Shown piece after piece: positions 9,669-19,025 of a DNA stretch of 64,000 nucleotides (positions within the stretch are counted from its first letter, which is position 1; the number at the start of each line of letters is the position of its first letter). Position numbers and translations under genes: made by a program. The notes beneath the pieces were generated by a model. That model was given only the letters and a program-made list of their open reading frames with translations. It made no database searches and was not told where the DNA came from. The stretch is from Alistipes sp. Zagget8 (GTDB lineage: Bacteria; Bacteroidota; Bacteroidia; Bacteroidales; Rikenellaceae), in contig MSHJ01000009.1 in assembly GCA_001941065.1 (NCBI GenBank), positions 66,810-130,809 on the forward strand, written 5' to 3'.

Positions 9669-10844
9669 ATGGAAAAAACCTGGAGATGGTTTGGGCGTAA
9701 GGATAAAATATCGCTTGCGATGCTTCGGCAGATCGGGGTCGAAGGAATCGTGACCGCCCTGCATGAAATTCCCAACGGGGAGGTGTGGAGCCTTCCGGCG
9801 ATTCTCTCCCTGAAAGATTATATCGAATCGTCCGGGCTGCGGTGGTCCGTCGTCGAGAGCCTGCCCGTTTGCGAGGCGATCAAATACGGGGGTGCGGAAC
9901 GTGACCGCCTGATCGAAAATTACAAGGAGAGCCTCGCCAATCTCGGCAAGGCGGGCATAAAGACCGTCTGCTATAATTTTATGCCGGTGATCGACTGGAT
10001 CCGTACCGATCTCGAACATCCGTGGCCGGACGGAACTTCGTCGCTTTATTTCGATTTCGTCCGATTCGCCTATTTCGACTGTCGTATCCTCCGGCGCAAG
10101 GGTGCGGAATCGGACTATTCCGCCGAGGTGATGGAGCGGGTCCGGCAACTCGACGAAACGATCACTCAGGAGGAGCGGGAGCAGCTTGTGGATACGATTA
10201 TCGTCAAGACGCAGGGGTTTGTCAACGGCAACATCCGGGAAGAGGACCGGCAGCCCGTGGCGCTGTTCCGCAACCTGCTGGCGCTTTACAAGGGCATCGA
10301 CCGCGACCGGCTGCGTGAAAACCTGCGCTATTTTCTGCAGGCCGTCATGCCCGTCTGCGACCTTTATGACATAAATATGTGTGTGCATCCCGACGATCCT
10401 CCCCGTCAGGTGCTCGGGCTGCCGCGGATTGTGACCGGGGCCGAGGACATCGAGTGGCTGCTCGATGCGGTGGATAATCCCCACAACGGACTGACGTTCT
10501 GTGCCGGATCGCTCAGTGCGGGATTGCATAACGATGTACCGGCGCTGGCCCGCCGCTTTGCGGGGCGTACCCATTTCGTCCATTTGCGCAGTACGGAAGC
10601 GACTCCGGACGGGAATTTCATCGAAGCCTCCCATTTGGAAGGCCGCGGCCGCCTGATCGAACTGATCCGGATTTTCGAACGTGAGAATCCGACGTTGCCG
10701 ATGCGTGTGGACCATGGGCGGCAGATGCTCGGGGACGGGGATAAGGGTTACAACCCCGGCTATTCGTTTCACGGGCGGATGTTTGCCCTGGCGCAGGTCG
10801 AGGGCATGATGGCCGTTGTCCGGGATGAACTGCGGCACGACTGA
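9669..10844 (+). CDS. uxuA: mannonate dehydratase
   Basis: TWRWFG, WSVVES, CYNFMPVIDWIRT, HPDDPP, MRVDHG, PGYS motifs. Confidence 0.96.
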   Translation: MEKTWRWFGRKDKISLAMLRQIGVEGIVTALHEIPNGEVWSLPAILSLKDYIESSGLRWSVVESLPVCEAIKYGGAERDRLIENYKESLANLGKAGIKTVCYNFMPVIDWIRTDLEHPWPDGTSSLYFDFVRFAYFDCRILRRKGAESDYSAEVMERVRQLDETITQEEREQLVDTIIVKTQGFVNGNIREEDRQPVALFRNLLALYKGIDRDRLRENLRYFLQAVMPVCDLYDINMCVHPDDPPRQVLGLPRIVTGAEDIEWLLDAVDNPHNGLTFCAGSLSAGLHNDVPALARRFAGRTHFVHLRSTEATPDGNFIEASHLEGRGRLIELIRIFERENPTLPMRVDHGRQMLGDGDKGYNPGYSFHGRMFALAQVEGMMAVVRDELRHD

Positions 10845-10874
10845 TGGCATCATTTTCTAAAATCGCATATTCTC

Positions 10875-11690
10875 ATGAATGAAATGTTTAGTATTGCCGG
10901 TAAAGTGGCCGTGATCACCGGGGCCGGCGGCGTTCTGGGCGGAAGCATTGCCCGGAGTTTTGTAAAGGCCGGGGCACGCGTCGTGGCGATGGACATCCGT
11001 CCGGAACAACTCGAAAAACGGGTCGAGGAACTTCGGGCCGAAGGCGGCGATGTGATGGGGGTCATCGGTAATGTCCTCGACATCGAAAGTCTGAAAAAGG
11101 TCGCCGACGACATCGTGGCCCAGTGGGGACGCATCGATATATTGCTCAATATTGCGGGCGGCAATATGCCCGGAGCGACGCTTGCCCCCGACCAGCCGGT
11201 CTTCGAGATGAAGATTACCGATTGGGAAAAGGTGACCAACCTCAATATGAACGGTACGGTTTATCCCTCGCTGGTTTTCGGGGAGGTGATGGCCCGCCAG
11301 CGCAGCGGATCGATCGTCAACGTCTCTTCGATGGCGGCCTACAGCGCCATTACCCGGGTCCCGGGATATTCGGCCGCGAAGACTGCCGTCAGCAACTTTA
11401 CCCAGTGGATGGCGACCGAGATGGCCCTGAAATATGGCGACGGCGTCCGTGTGAACGCGATCGCTCCGGGCTTCTTCATCGGGGACCAGAACCGGGCGGT
11501 GCTGATCAATCCCGACGGCTCGCTCACGGAACGCAGTAAGAAGGTCCTCGCCAAAACGCCAATGAAACGCTTCGGCGACATTTCGGAGCTGAACGGCACC
11601 GTGCAGTTCCTTTGCTCCGAAGCCGCGAGCTTTATCACCGGGACCATCATCCCGGTGGACGGCGGATTTTCCGCCTTCAGCGGAGTCTGA
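10875..11690 (+). CDS. SDR-family D-mannonate oxidoreductase (UxuB-like)
   Basis: TGAGGVLG, AGGN, YSAAK, NAIAPGFF and C-terminal VDGGFSAFSGV; directly downstream of uxuA. Confidence 0.85.
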   Translation: MNEMFSIAGKVAVITGAGGVLGGSIARSFVKAGARVVAMDIRPEQLEKRVEELRAEGGDVMGVIGNVLDIESLKKVADDIVAQWGRIDILLNIAGGNMPGATLAPDQPVFEMKITDWEKVTNLNMNGTVYPSLVFGEVMARQRSGSIVNVSSMAAYSAITRVPGYSAAKTAVSNFTQWMATEMALKYGDGVRVNAIAPGFFIGDQNRAVLINPDGSLTERSKKVLAKTPMKRFGDISELNGTVQFLCSEAASFITGTIIPVDGGFSAFSGV

Positions 11691-11708
11691 GAAATACGCC
11701 GGATCTGT

Positions 11709-11751
11709 GATGCGGGCCGCTTCCCTGAAGGGAGCGGCCCGCATCGTTTTT
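11709..11751 (+). terminator. intrinsic terminator after the uxu pair
   Basis: gatgcgggccgcttccc-tgaa-gggagcggcccgcatc hairpin followed by a T-run. Confidence 0.75.
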
Positions 11752-11777
11752 CGGGGATGGGGTCCGAAAGGCCTTTT

Positions 11778-11841
11778 GTACGAAATTCATACTTTTTTGA
11801 ATCGCTTTGACACGGCATCCTGCATACAAACCATTCCTTTG
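11778..11841 (+). promoter_or_regulatory. putative HTCS site plus -7 element for the GH88-susC-susD operon
   Basis: GTACG (11778) and GAATC (11799) are 21 bp apart; TTCCTTTG at 11834 (+35). Confidence 0.6.
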
Positions 11842-11871
11842 TGTTGCGAAAACAAATGAGATATTGATAGA

Positions 11872-14238
11872 ATGAAGACCTTTTTAACTCTGCTCGGCAT
11901 CGTTTTCATGGCTTCGGACCTGGTGGCTGCAACCCCGCAGCCGGCCATGCGCAGCGTGGTGGAGCGTGCATTGGACCGGTCGCTGGAACAGTCCATGCAA
12001 TTGTATGCCGAGATGAAGAACCATCCGGGACGCCTGCCCCAGACTGCCCGCGACGGGAAGCTGGTGACCTGCAAGCCGCACTGGTGGACCAGCGGATTCT
12101 TCCCCGGAACGCTTTGGTATCTGTATGAATACAGCAATGATCCCGCCGTTCGCGCCGCTGCCGAGGAGATGACCGGCCGCGTCGCTTCCGAACAGTTCAC
12201 GACGGACAATCACGACGTCGGGTTTCAGATCAACTGCAGTTTTGGAAACGGTTATCGCCTTACCGGAAAGGAGGCTTATCGCCAGGCCCTTGTGAACGCC
12301 GGGAATTCGCTGGCCACACGGTTCTCGCCCGTCGTGGGTTGCATCCGCTCGTGGGACGGCCGGAAATGGCGTTATCCGGTCATCATCGACAATATGATGA
12401 ACCTCGAACTGCTGACCGTGTCGTCGGCCCTCACGGGCGACAACGGGCATTACGACATGGCCAAATCGCACGCCGATAAAACTCTCACGTTCCACTACCG
12501 GGACGATGCCGGTTCCTTTCACGTGGTGGACTATGATCCGGAGACCGGTGAAATGCTCCGGCAGATGACCCATCAGGGCGCCGCGGACTCTTCGTCGTGG
12601 TCGCGCGGGCAGGCCTGGGGATTGTACGGTTATACGATGATGTATCGTCAGACGGGGGACAAACGCTATCTGGATCACGCCGTCCGCATCGGACGTTTCA
12701 TCATGGAACATCCGCGGCTGCCGAAAGACAAGATCCCCTATTGGGATTTCGACGCTCCGAATATCCCCGATGCGGATCGCGACACCTCTGCCGGGGCTAT
12801 TATGGCTTCGGCCTACATCGAACTGAGCACGTTCGTCGGGGATGAGCTGGGCGGAGAGTTCCTGCGTCTGGCCGAACGCCAGTTGCGTTCGCTTGCATCG
12901 CCGGCCTATCTTGCCCGACGCGGCCGCAATGCGGATTTCATCCTGATGCACAGCACGGGGTTTCTGGCTAAAAATTCGGAGGTGGATGCACCGCTGGCCT
13001 ATGCCGATTATTATTTCGTCGAGGCGCTGATGCGTTATAAAAGGCTGCTGGAAGGAAAACCCGCCGTGGATGTGTTTACGGTGCTTTCGGAGAATCCCGA
13101 CAGGGCCTTGTGGCTGAGCGCCATGCGCCGAGTCGCCGATCCGCTGCTGAAGAACATGAGCCGTGGCGAGTTGAGGAAGAACATGCCGGTCGAGTCGAAT
13201 AACCGGGATATGGCGTCGCGGCAGGCCGTGACGCACCTCGAAGCGCTGGGGCGTCTGATTGTCGGCATCGCCCCGTGGCTCGAACTGGGTCCGGACGATA
13301 CGCCGGAAGGCCGCCTGCGGGCAAGCTATATTGCGTTGGCCGTCGAGTCGATCCGTCAGGGGGTCGATCCCGAATCGCCCGACTACCTCAATTTCAACGA
13401 GGGGCGCCAACCGCTTGTCGACGCGGCCTTTCTGGCCCATGGGTTGCTACGCGCCCGGACGCAGCTCTGGGACCGTCTTGACCCGGTGACCCGGGACCGG
13501 CTGATTCTCGAAATGAAATCCTCGCGCACCATTCAGCCGGGAGAGAACAACTGGCTCTTTTTCTCTGCGATGATCGAGGTCGCCCTTCGGGAATTTGCCG
13601 GGGAATGGGAGTATGACCGCATCCGTTATGCCCTCGACCGCCACGAATCGTGGTACAAGGGCGACGGCTGGTATGGCGATGGCCCTGCATTCCACCTGGA
13701 TTATTATAACAGCTTCGTCATCCAGCCGATGATGATGCAGATTCTCGATGTCGCCTGCAGGCACAAAATGGCGGATGCCGACCAGTGCGCCACGGCACGC
13801 ATCCGTTATACCCGCTATGCGGAGCAGCAGGAACGGATGATCTCTCCGGAGGGTAGTTATCCTGTGCTGGGGCGTTCGCTGGCCTATCGTTTCGGCGCAT
13901 TTCACGCCCTTTCGGATGTCGCTTACCGGCATATGCTGCCGCCCAAAGTCTCCCCGGCGCAGGTCCGCTGTGCGCTGACCACCGTTATCCGCCGTCAGAT
14001 CGAGGCTCCGGGGACCTTTGACGAGAACGGGTGGCTCCGGGTCGGTTTCTGCGGCCATCAGCCGGCCATCGGTGAATCCTACATTTCGACCGGCAGCCTC
14101 TACCTGTGCGCAGCGGGGCTCGTGGCCCTGGGACTTCCGGCGGACGATCCGTTCTGGAGCGCTCCTGCGGCCCCCTGGACGGCCCAGAAGGCCTGGAAAG
14201 GCGTCGATCTTCAGTGTGACAAGGCAATCAAAAAATAA
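11872..14238 (+). CDS. fused GH88 unsaturated glucuronyl hydrolase + DUF2264 (GH154-like) protein
   Basis: N-half: WWTSGFFPG, HDVGF, IIDNMMNLELL, WSRGQAW, YADYYFVEAL. C-half: LEALGR...IAPWLE, QPLVDAAFL, NNWLFFSAM, YKGDGWYGDG, GRSLAYRFG, ESYISTGSLY. Confidence 0.85.
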   Translation: MKTFLTLLGIVFMASDLVAATPQPAMRSVVERALDRSLEQSMQLYAEMKNHPGRLPQTARDGKLVTCKPHWWTSGFFPGTLWYLYEYSNDPAVRAAAEEMTGRVASEQFTTDNHDVGFQINCSFGNGYRLTGKEAYRQALVNAGNSLATRFSPVVGCIRSWDGRKWRYPVIIDNMMNLELLTVSSALTGDNGHYDMAKSHADKTLTFHYRDDAGSFHVVDYDPETGEMLRQMTHQGAADSSSWSRGQAWGLYGYTMMYRQTGDKRYLDHAVRIGRFIMEHPRLPKDKIPYWDFDAPNIPDADRDTSAGAIMASAYIELSTFVGDELGGEFLRLAERQLRSLASPAYLARRGRNADFILMHSTGFLAKNSEVDAPLAYADYYFVEALMRYKRLLEGKPAVDVFTVLSENPDRALWLSAMRRVADPLLKNMSRGELRKNMPVESNNRDMASRQAVTHLEALGRLIVGIAPWLELGPDDTPEGRLRASYIALAVESIRQGVDPESPDYLNFNEGRQPLVDAAFLAHGLLRARTQLWDRLDPVTRDRLILEMKSSRTIQPGENNWLFFSAMIEVALREFAGEWEYDRIRYALDRHESWYKGDGWYGDGPAFHLDYYNSFVIQPMMMQILDVACRHKMADADQCATARIRYTRYAEQQERMISPEGSYPVLGRSLAYRFGAFHALSDVAYRHMLPPKVSPAQVRCALTTVIRRQIEAPGTFDENGWLRVGFCGHQPAIGESYISTGSLYLCAAGLVALGLPADDPFWSAPAAPWTAQKAWKGVDLQCDKAIKK

Positions 14239-14261
14239 CCATTCAATAAAACTATTAACTT

Positions 14262-17200
14262 ATGAGAAACTTTACATTGAAAATGGTGTCGGTCGTCGCG
14301 CTTCTGGTCCTCGGACTCTCGGAAGCTGCTGCACAGACACGCATTACGGGTGTCGTCTCCGATTCGAACGGTGCGTTGATCGGAGCCAACGTCGTAGTCA
14401 AGGGGACCGCTGTAGGGACTACCACGAACACCAAAGGTGAGTATGCCCTCGAAGCCGGTTCCGACCAGACGCTGGTTTTTTCCTACCTGGGCTACATTGA
14501 ACAGGAGGTGAAGATCGGCAACCGTACCCGGATCGACATCGTACTGCAGGAGGACTCGCAACAGCTCGAGGCGTTAGTCGTGGTCGGTTACGGTACGCAG
14601 CGCCGTCAGGATGTCACGGGAGCCGTGGCGTCGGTTAAAATGGCGGATATGAAATATACGCCGGGCGCCGACCCCGTGGACCTGCTTCGCGGACGCGTGG
14701 CGGGTGTCGAGATCACCTCTTCGTCGGGCCGTCCCGGCTCTGTCGCCAACATCAAGATTCGCGGCGACCGTTCGCTGACGGGTGGCAATGCCCCGCTGTA
14801 TGTCGTGGACGGCATGCCCACGACCGCGGAGGAGTTCGGCATGATCAACGGTGCCGACATCGCTTCGATCGAGGTGCTCAAGGATGCCGCTTCGCAGGCT
14901 ATCTACGGTACGCGCGCGGCGAACGGCGTCGTCCTGGTCACCACCAAACGCGGCGAGAAAGGTCGTGTGCAGGTGACGCTCGACAGCTATGCCAGCCGTC
15001 AGTCCCTGTGGCGCAATTTCGATTTCTATGGCGGCAACGAGTTCTATAACCTGCGCCGCGAAGCGCTGGCCGGCGACCGCATGTACTATTCGCCCGAGGA
15101 TTACGAGCTGTTGCAGCCTGCCAATGTGCTCAACGACGCCATCATGGAGGAGATGTATTCCAAGAACCAGTTTACCGACTGGGAAGAGCTGATGCTGAAG
15201 CCTTCGTGGGCCCATAAGCATGACCTGAGCATCCGCGGCGGCAATGACCGGATCAAGGTGGCTGCCGGCCTGGGGTACTACGATCAGACGGGTATGGTCA
15301 GGACCGGGTCGCGTTACCAGCGGGCAACGGCTCGCCTGAATGTCGATTTCAATGTCTACAAGTGGCTGAGCGTCGGTTTTAACACCTCTTACGGCAAATC
15401 GGGCCAGGACCGCGAATCGGGAAGTTTCACGGATTTTATAACCCGTGCGCCGCTGGCCCAGATTTACAACCCGGACGGCAGCTATACGACTTACATCAAT
15501 TCGGCCAAGGCTACCAATCCCCTTTATTCGGCGCAGTATTTCGACCGGGATATTGTCTCGGACTACTATCGTCTGAATACGTTCATCGACATCAAGCCCT
15601 TCAAGGGGTTCTCCTACCGCTTCAACGCCTCTTATTTCAACCGTTTCGTCGAGGACGGACAGTACACCTCCTCGCAGGCCATCGGCAGCAGCGGTTCGGG
15701 CAGCCTGAGCAATACGAAGAACCAGAACTACCTGATCGAGAACATCATCAACTATGCCGTGCCCATCCGCAACGACAAGCATAAGCTCAACGTTACGCTC
15801 GTACAGAGCTACGACTACACGGTAGACCGGGCCATGTCCTATTCGGCCAACAACGTGCCTGTGGACCGCGACTGGAACATGCTCCCCAACGGAGAGGTTT
15901 CCAAGATCACCCGTGGTTTCGAGGAGGAGGTGATGCTCTCGTTCATGGGTCGTATCCAGTACAGTTTCCGCGACAAGTACCTGCTGACGGCGGCCGTCCG
16001 CCGCGACGGCAGCAGCAAGTTCGGTGTCAATAACAAGTGGGCCAGCTTCCCCTCCGTATCGGCCGGCTGGCGTATTTCGGAGGAACCGTGGCTGAAGGAT
16101 GTCAAGCAGATTTCGAACCTGAAACTGCGTGCCAGCTGGGGCCAGGTGGGTTCGCATAGTGCTCTGAGCCGTTACAAGAGCCTTGGTCTGGCCGGTTCTG
16201 TGGGCATGGAGTTCGGCGACGAATACGTGACGGGTTATCTGCCCGGAACGGAGATCTCGAACCCCAACATCGGATGGGAGACCACTTCCCAGACCAATGT
16301 CGGCGTCGATTTCGGAATGTTCGACAACCGCCTGACCGGTACCGTCGAGTATTACTATACCACGACCAATGACCTGCTGGTGAAGCGTACGATCAGCGGT
16401 ACGCTGGGATATACGGACATTACCGACAACCGGGGCAAGACCCGCACCTTTGGTACGGATATCTCGCTCAACGGCGATATTTTCCGCAATGAGAAGGTCA
16501 CCTGGAGCGTGGGCACCAATTTCTCGCTTTACCGGAACAAGATCCTGCGGATCAACGGCGAACGCGATGAGAACGGAAAACTCAAAGACGATGTCAACAA
16601 CAAATGGTTTATCGGGTCGCCGCTGAACGTCTACTACGATTACGATTTCGAGGGAATCTACCAGTATGAAGATTTCGAACGCATCGGAAATAATTTCTAC
16701 CTCAAACCGACCTATGATACGGACGGCGACGGCGTTGCCGATACGGCTCTTCAGCGCGACGACGATATTTATCCCGGTGCGATCAAGGTCCGCGATGTGA
16801 ACGGCGACGGCAAGATCGACGCAAACGACAAAGTGCAGATTTCGAAAGACCCGAAATTCACCATGTCGCTGACCTCGACCGTCAAATGGAAAGGCATCGA
16901 CCTGTTCGTTGATTTCTACGGCGTCTACGGCCGCACGATCCAGAATAAGTACCTGTATGATTACAACAGCGGCGGTTCCCTGCAGGGCACGCTCAACGGA
17001 TTGAAAGTCAACTACTGGACTCCGGAAAACGCCTCGAACAAGTATCCCCGTCCGCGGGCTTCGGTCTCCATTCCGTTCCATTCGTCGCTCTCCTACCAGG
17101 ATGCTTCGTACCTGCGCCTGCGCACGCTGACGCTCGGCTACACGCTGCCCTATGCCATAACCAGCAAGGCCCATATCGAGCGGCTGCGGCTGTATGTGAC

Positions 17201-17312
17201 GGCGACCAATCTCTTTACGGCGACCAATTTTCTCTCGTACAGTCCGGAGCTGACTCCGGGCGCTTATCCTGAGGCCCGGCAATGGGTATTCGGACTTAAC
17301 CTGAGCTTCTAA
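14262..17312 (+). CDS. SusC/RagA-family TonB-dependent transporter
   Basis: VVVGYGTQ, PLYVVDG, IEVLKDAASQAIYGTRAANGVVLVTTKRG, RRDGSSKF, GWETT, C-terminal GLNLSF. Confidence 0.97.
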   Translation: MRNFTLKMVSVVALLVLGLSEAAAQTRITGVVSDSNGALIGANVVVKGTAVGTTTNTKGEYALEAGSDQTLVFSYLGYIEQEVKIGNRTRIDIVLQEDSQQLEALVVVGYGTQRRQDVTGAVASVKMADMKYTPGADPVDLLRGRVAGVEITSSSGRPGSVANIKIRGDRSLTGGNAPLYVVDGMPTTAEEFGMINGADIASIEVLKDAASQAIYGTRAANGVVLVTTKRGEKGRVQVTLDSYASRQSLWRNFDFYGGNEFYNLRREALAGDRMYYSPEDYELLQPANVLNDAIMEEMYSKNQFTDWEELMLKPSWAHKHDLSIRGGNDRIKVAAGLGYYDQTGMVRTGSRYQRATARLNVDFNVYKWLSVGFNTSYGKSGQDRESGSFTDFITRAPLAQIYNPDGSYTTYINSAKATNPLYSAQYFDRDIVSDYYRLNTFIDIKPFKGFSYRFNASYFNRFVEDGQYTSSQAIGSSGSGSLSNTKNQNYLIENIINYAVPIRNDKHKLNVTLVQSYDYTVDRAMSYSANNVPVDRDWNMLPNGEVSKITRGFEEEVMLSFMGRIQYSFRDKYLLTAAVRRDGSSKFGVNNKWASFPSVSAGWRISEEPWLKDVKQISNLKLRASWGQVGSHSALSRYKSLGLAGSVGMEFGDEYVTGYLPGTEISNPNIGWETTSQTNVGVDFGMFDNRLTGTVEYYYTTTNDLLVKRTISGTLGYTDITDNRGKTRTFGTDISLNGDIFRNEKVTWSVGTNFSLYRNKILRINGERDENGKLKDDVNNKWFIGSPLNVYYDYDFEGIYQYEDFERIGNNFYLKPTYDTDGDGVADTALQRDDDIYPGAIKVRDVNGDGKIDANDKVQISKDPKFTMSLTSTVKWKGIDLFVDFYGVYGRTIQNKYLYDYNSGGSLQGTLNGLKVNYWTPENASNKYPRPRASVSIPFHSSLSYQDASYLRLRTLTLGYTLPYAITSKAHIERLRLYVTATNLFTATNFLSYSPELTPGAYPEARQWVFGLNLSF

Positions 17313-17332
17313 TCTTTTATGACCAACGAAAA

Positions 17333-18928
17333 ATGAAAAAGATAGCAATCCTTTCTTCCGTCCTGTTTTTGAGCCTCGGCATGTCCTGCACGGACATGTT
17401 GATGGAAGAGTCGAAAACCTCGATCACCTCCAACTGGCTGGTGACCACCCCCGACGGACTCAACCGTATGGTTGTCGGACTCTATGAACGAGACCGCCGT
17501 ATTCTGACAGACAATGACGCGGAGCTTTTCTGCGCCCTCCAGATGGACTATTGTACCGATATCCTTCTGTTCAACAACGGTACGGCTGCCGACCTGGGAC
17601 GTCTTTCGGGACTGAATGCCAGTACGCGCCATTTCAGCCGCATGTGGTCGCACTACTATCAGATCATCGGCAAGGCCAACGAGGTCATTACCGCTGCCGA
17701 GAGCATGGATATGGAAGACGGTGTGGTGAAGAAGGCCTGGGGCGAAGCGAAGGTTTTCCGGGCACGCTCCTATTTCGAACTTTACAAGCGGTTCGAGCGG
17801 CTCTACCTGAATACCGTCCCGACGACCGTGGGCAACATCGACCGGGTGTTTAAGCCTTCGGGCAAAGAGGCTATTTTCTCCCTGATCAAGGACGACCTGA
17901 AGGATGCCGCCGATGCGCTTGAATGGACCGACCAGCCGGGCCGTTTCACGAAAGCCGTGGCCAAGCATATCCGGGCCCAGGTGGCGATGTGGGAGGATGA
18001 CTGGACGACGGCCATCAATGAATGCGAGGACATTTTCGGCTGCCCGGACTACGGGATGATGGATAACGCCATCGACTGTTTCACCGGGGCCGACCTCAAC
18101 AAGAAGGAGAACCTCTATGTCTACCAGTTCTCGGCCAACCTGGGCGGCGGCGGTTCGGTCAGCGGCGGCGAGTTCCGCGGACACCGCATCTCGCTCATCA
18201 CGACGGCCCGCTACCAGAGTGTTACGGGCATGGATTTCGCGATCGAATACGGCGGTTACGGCTGGGGACGCGTTTATCCGAACACCTATCTGCTGGGCCT
18301 CTATGATAAGGAGCACGACAAGCGTTCCCAGAACATGTTCCGCTACAAGTGGTACTACAACAATCCGGACAAACTGCCGGCAGGCAAGAAACTGGGCGAT
18401 GAGGTCGTGCCGAAGACCGCCGACGAGTATATTCAGAACCTGCATCCGATGTCGCTCAAGTATTTCGACGCCTGGACGCGCCTCGACATGCCCGAAGTGG
18501 CGTGGGGATTCAAGGATATCGTGGTCTATCGCCTTGCCGAAACCTACCTGATGGCGGCTGAAGCCTATTACCACCGCGACGGCGGAAGCAGCGCCAAGGC
18601 CATCGAATATTACAACGAGACCTGGGAACGCGCCGGGAACGAGCATTTCGACGGTCCGCTGACCATCGATATCCTGCTTGATGAGTATGCCCGCGAACTG
18701 CACATGGAGGGTGTCCGCTGGCCGCTGCTCAAGCGTCTGGGAATGCTCGAGCGCGTGAAGCTCCACGGCGGGGATACGCCTGCGGAGGATCCCCAGCTCA
18801 AGGAGCGTACCGACCTGGCCCAGCAGCGTGCCAATTTCAGCACCAAGCACTATGTATGGCCCATCCCGCAGGCGGAGATCGATTTTATGGGCGCCGAGAA
18901 TTTCCCGCAGAACGAAGGTTGGTTGTAA
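17333..18928 (+). CDS. SusD/RagB-family lipoprotein
   Basis: Lipobox GMSC; GEAKVFRA, YRLAETYLMAAEA, EYARELHMEGVRW, WPIPQAEI...QNEGW. Confidence 0.95.
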   Translation: MKKIAILSSVLFLSLGMSCTDMLMEESKTSITSNWLVTTPDGLNRMVVGLYERDRRILTDNDAELFCALQMDYCTDILLFNNGTAADLGRLSGLNASTRHFSRMWSHYYQIIGKANEVITAAESMDMEDGVVKKAWGEAKVFRARSYFELYKRFERLYLNTVPTTVGNIDRVFKPSGKEAIFSLIKDDLKDAADALEWTDQPGRFTKAVAKHIRAQVAMWEDDWTTAINECEDIFGCPDYGMMDNAIDCFTGADLNKKENLYVYQFSANLGGGGSVSGGEFRGHRISLITTARYQSVTGMDFAIEYGGYGWGRVYPNTYLLGLYDKEHDKRSQNMFRYKWYYNNPDKLPAGKKLGDEVVPKTADEYIQNLHPMSLKYFDAWTRLDMPEVAWGFKDIVVYRLAETYLMAAEAYYHRDGGSSAKAIEYYNETWERAGNEHFDGPLTIDILLDEYARELHMEGVRWPLLKRLGMLERVKLHGGDTPAEDPQLKERTDLAQQRANFSTKHYVWPIPQAEIDFMGAENFPQNEGWL

Positions 18929-18968
18929 GTCCCGATTGCGCTGTTCGCAAAAAAAGAATTATTTTTAC

Positions 18969-19002
18969 AGAGGGGTGGCGCTCAGCGGTACCCCTCTTTT
19001 TT
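18969..19002 (+). terminator. terminator/attenuator hairpin after susD
   Basis: agaggggt...acccctct hairpin followed by a T-run. Confidence 0.65.
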
Positions 19003-19025
19003 ACCAAATGAGCATGACGAATACC

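Noticed and set aside
16710-16830. Two DxDGDG calcium-binding-like loops in SusC
   Set aside because: Such loops are common in SusC-family transporters.
18828-19025. Extended N-terminus of the 1059 aa ORF
   Set aside because: It overlaps susD and a terminator hairpin; the signal peptide begins at 19026.
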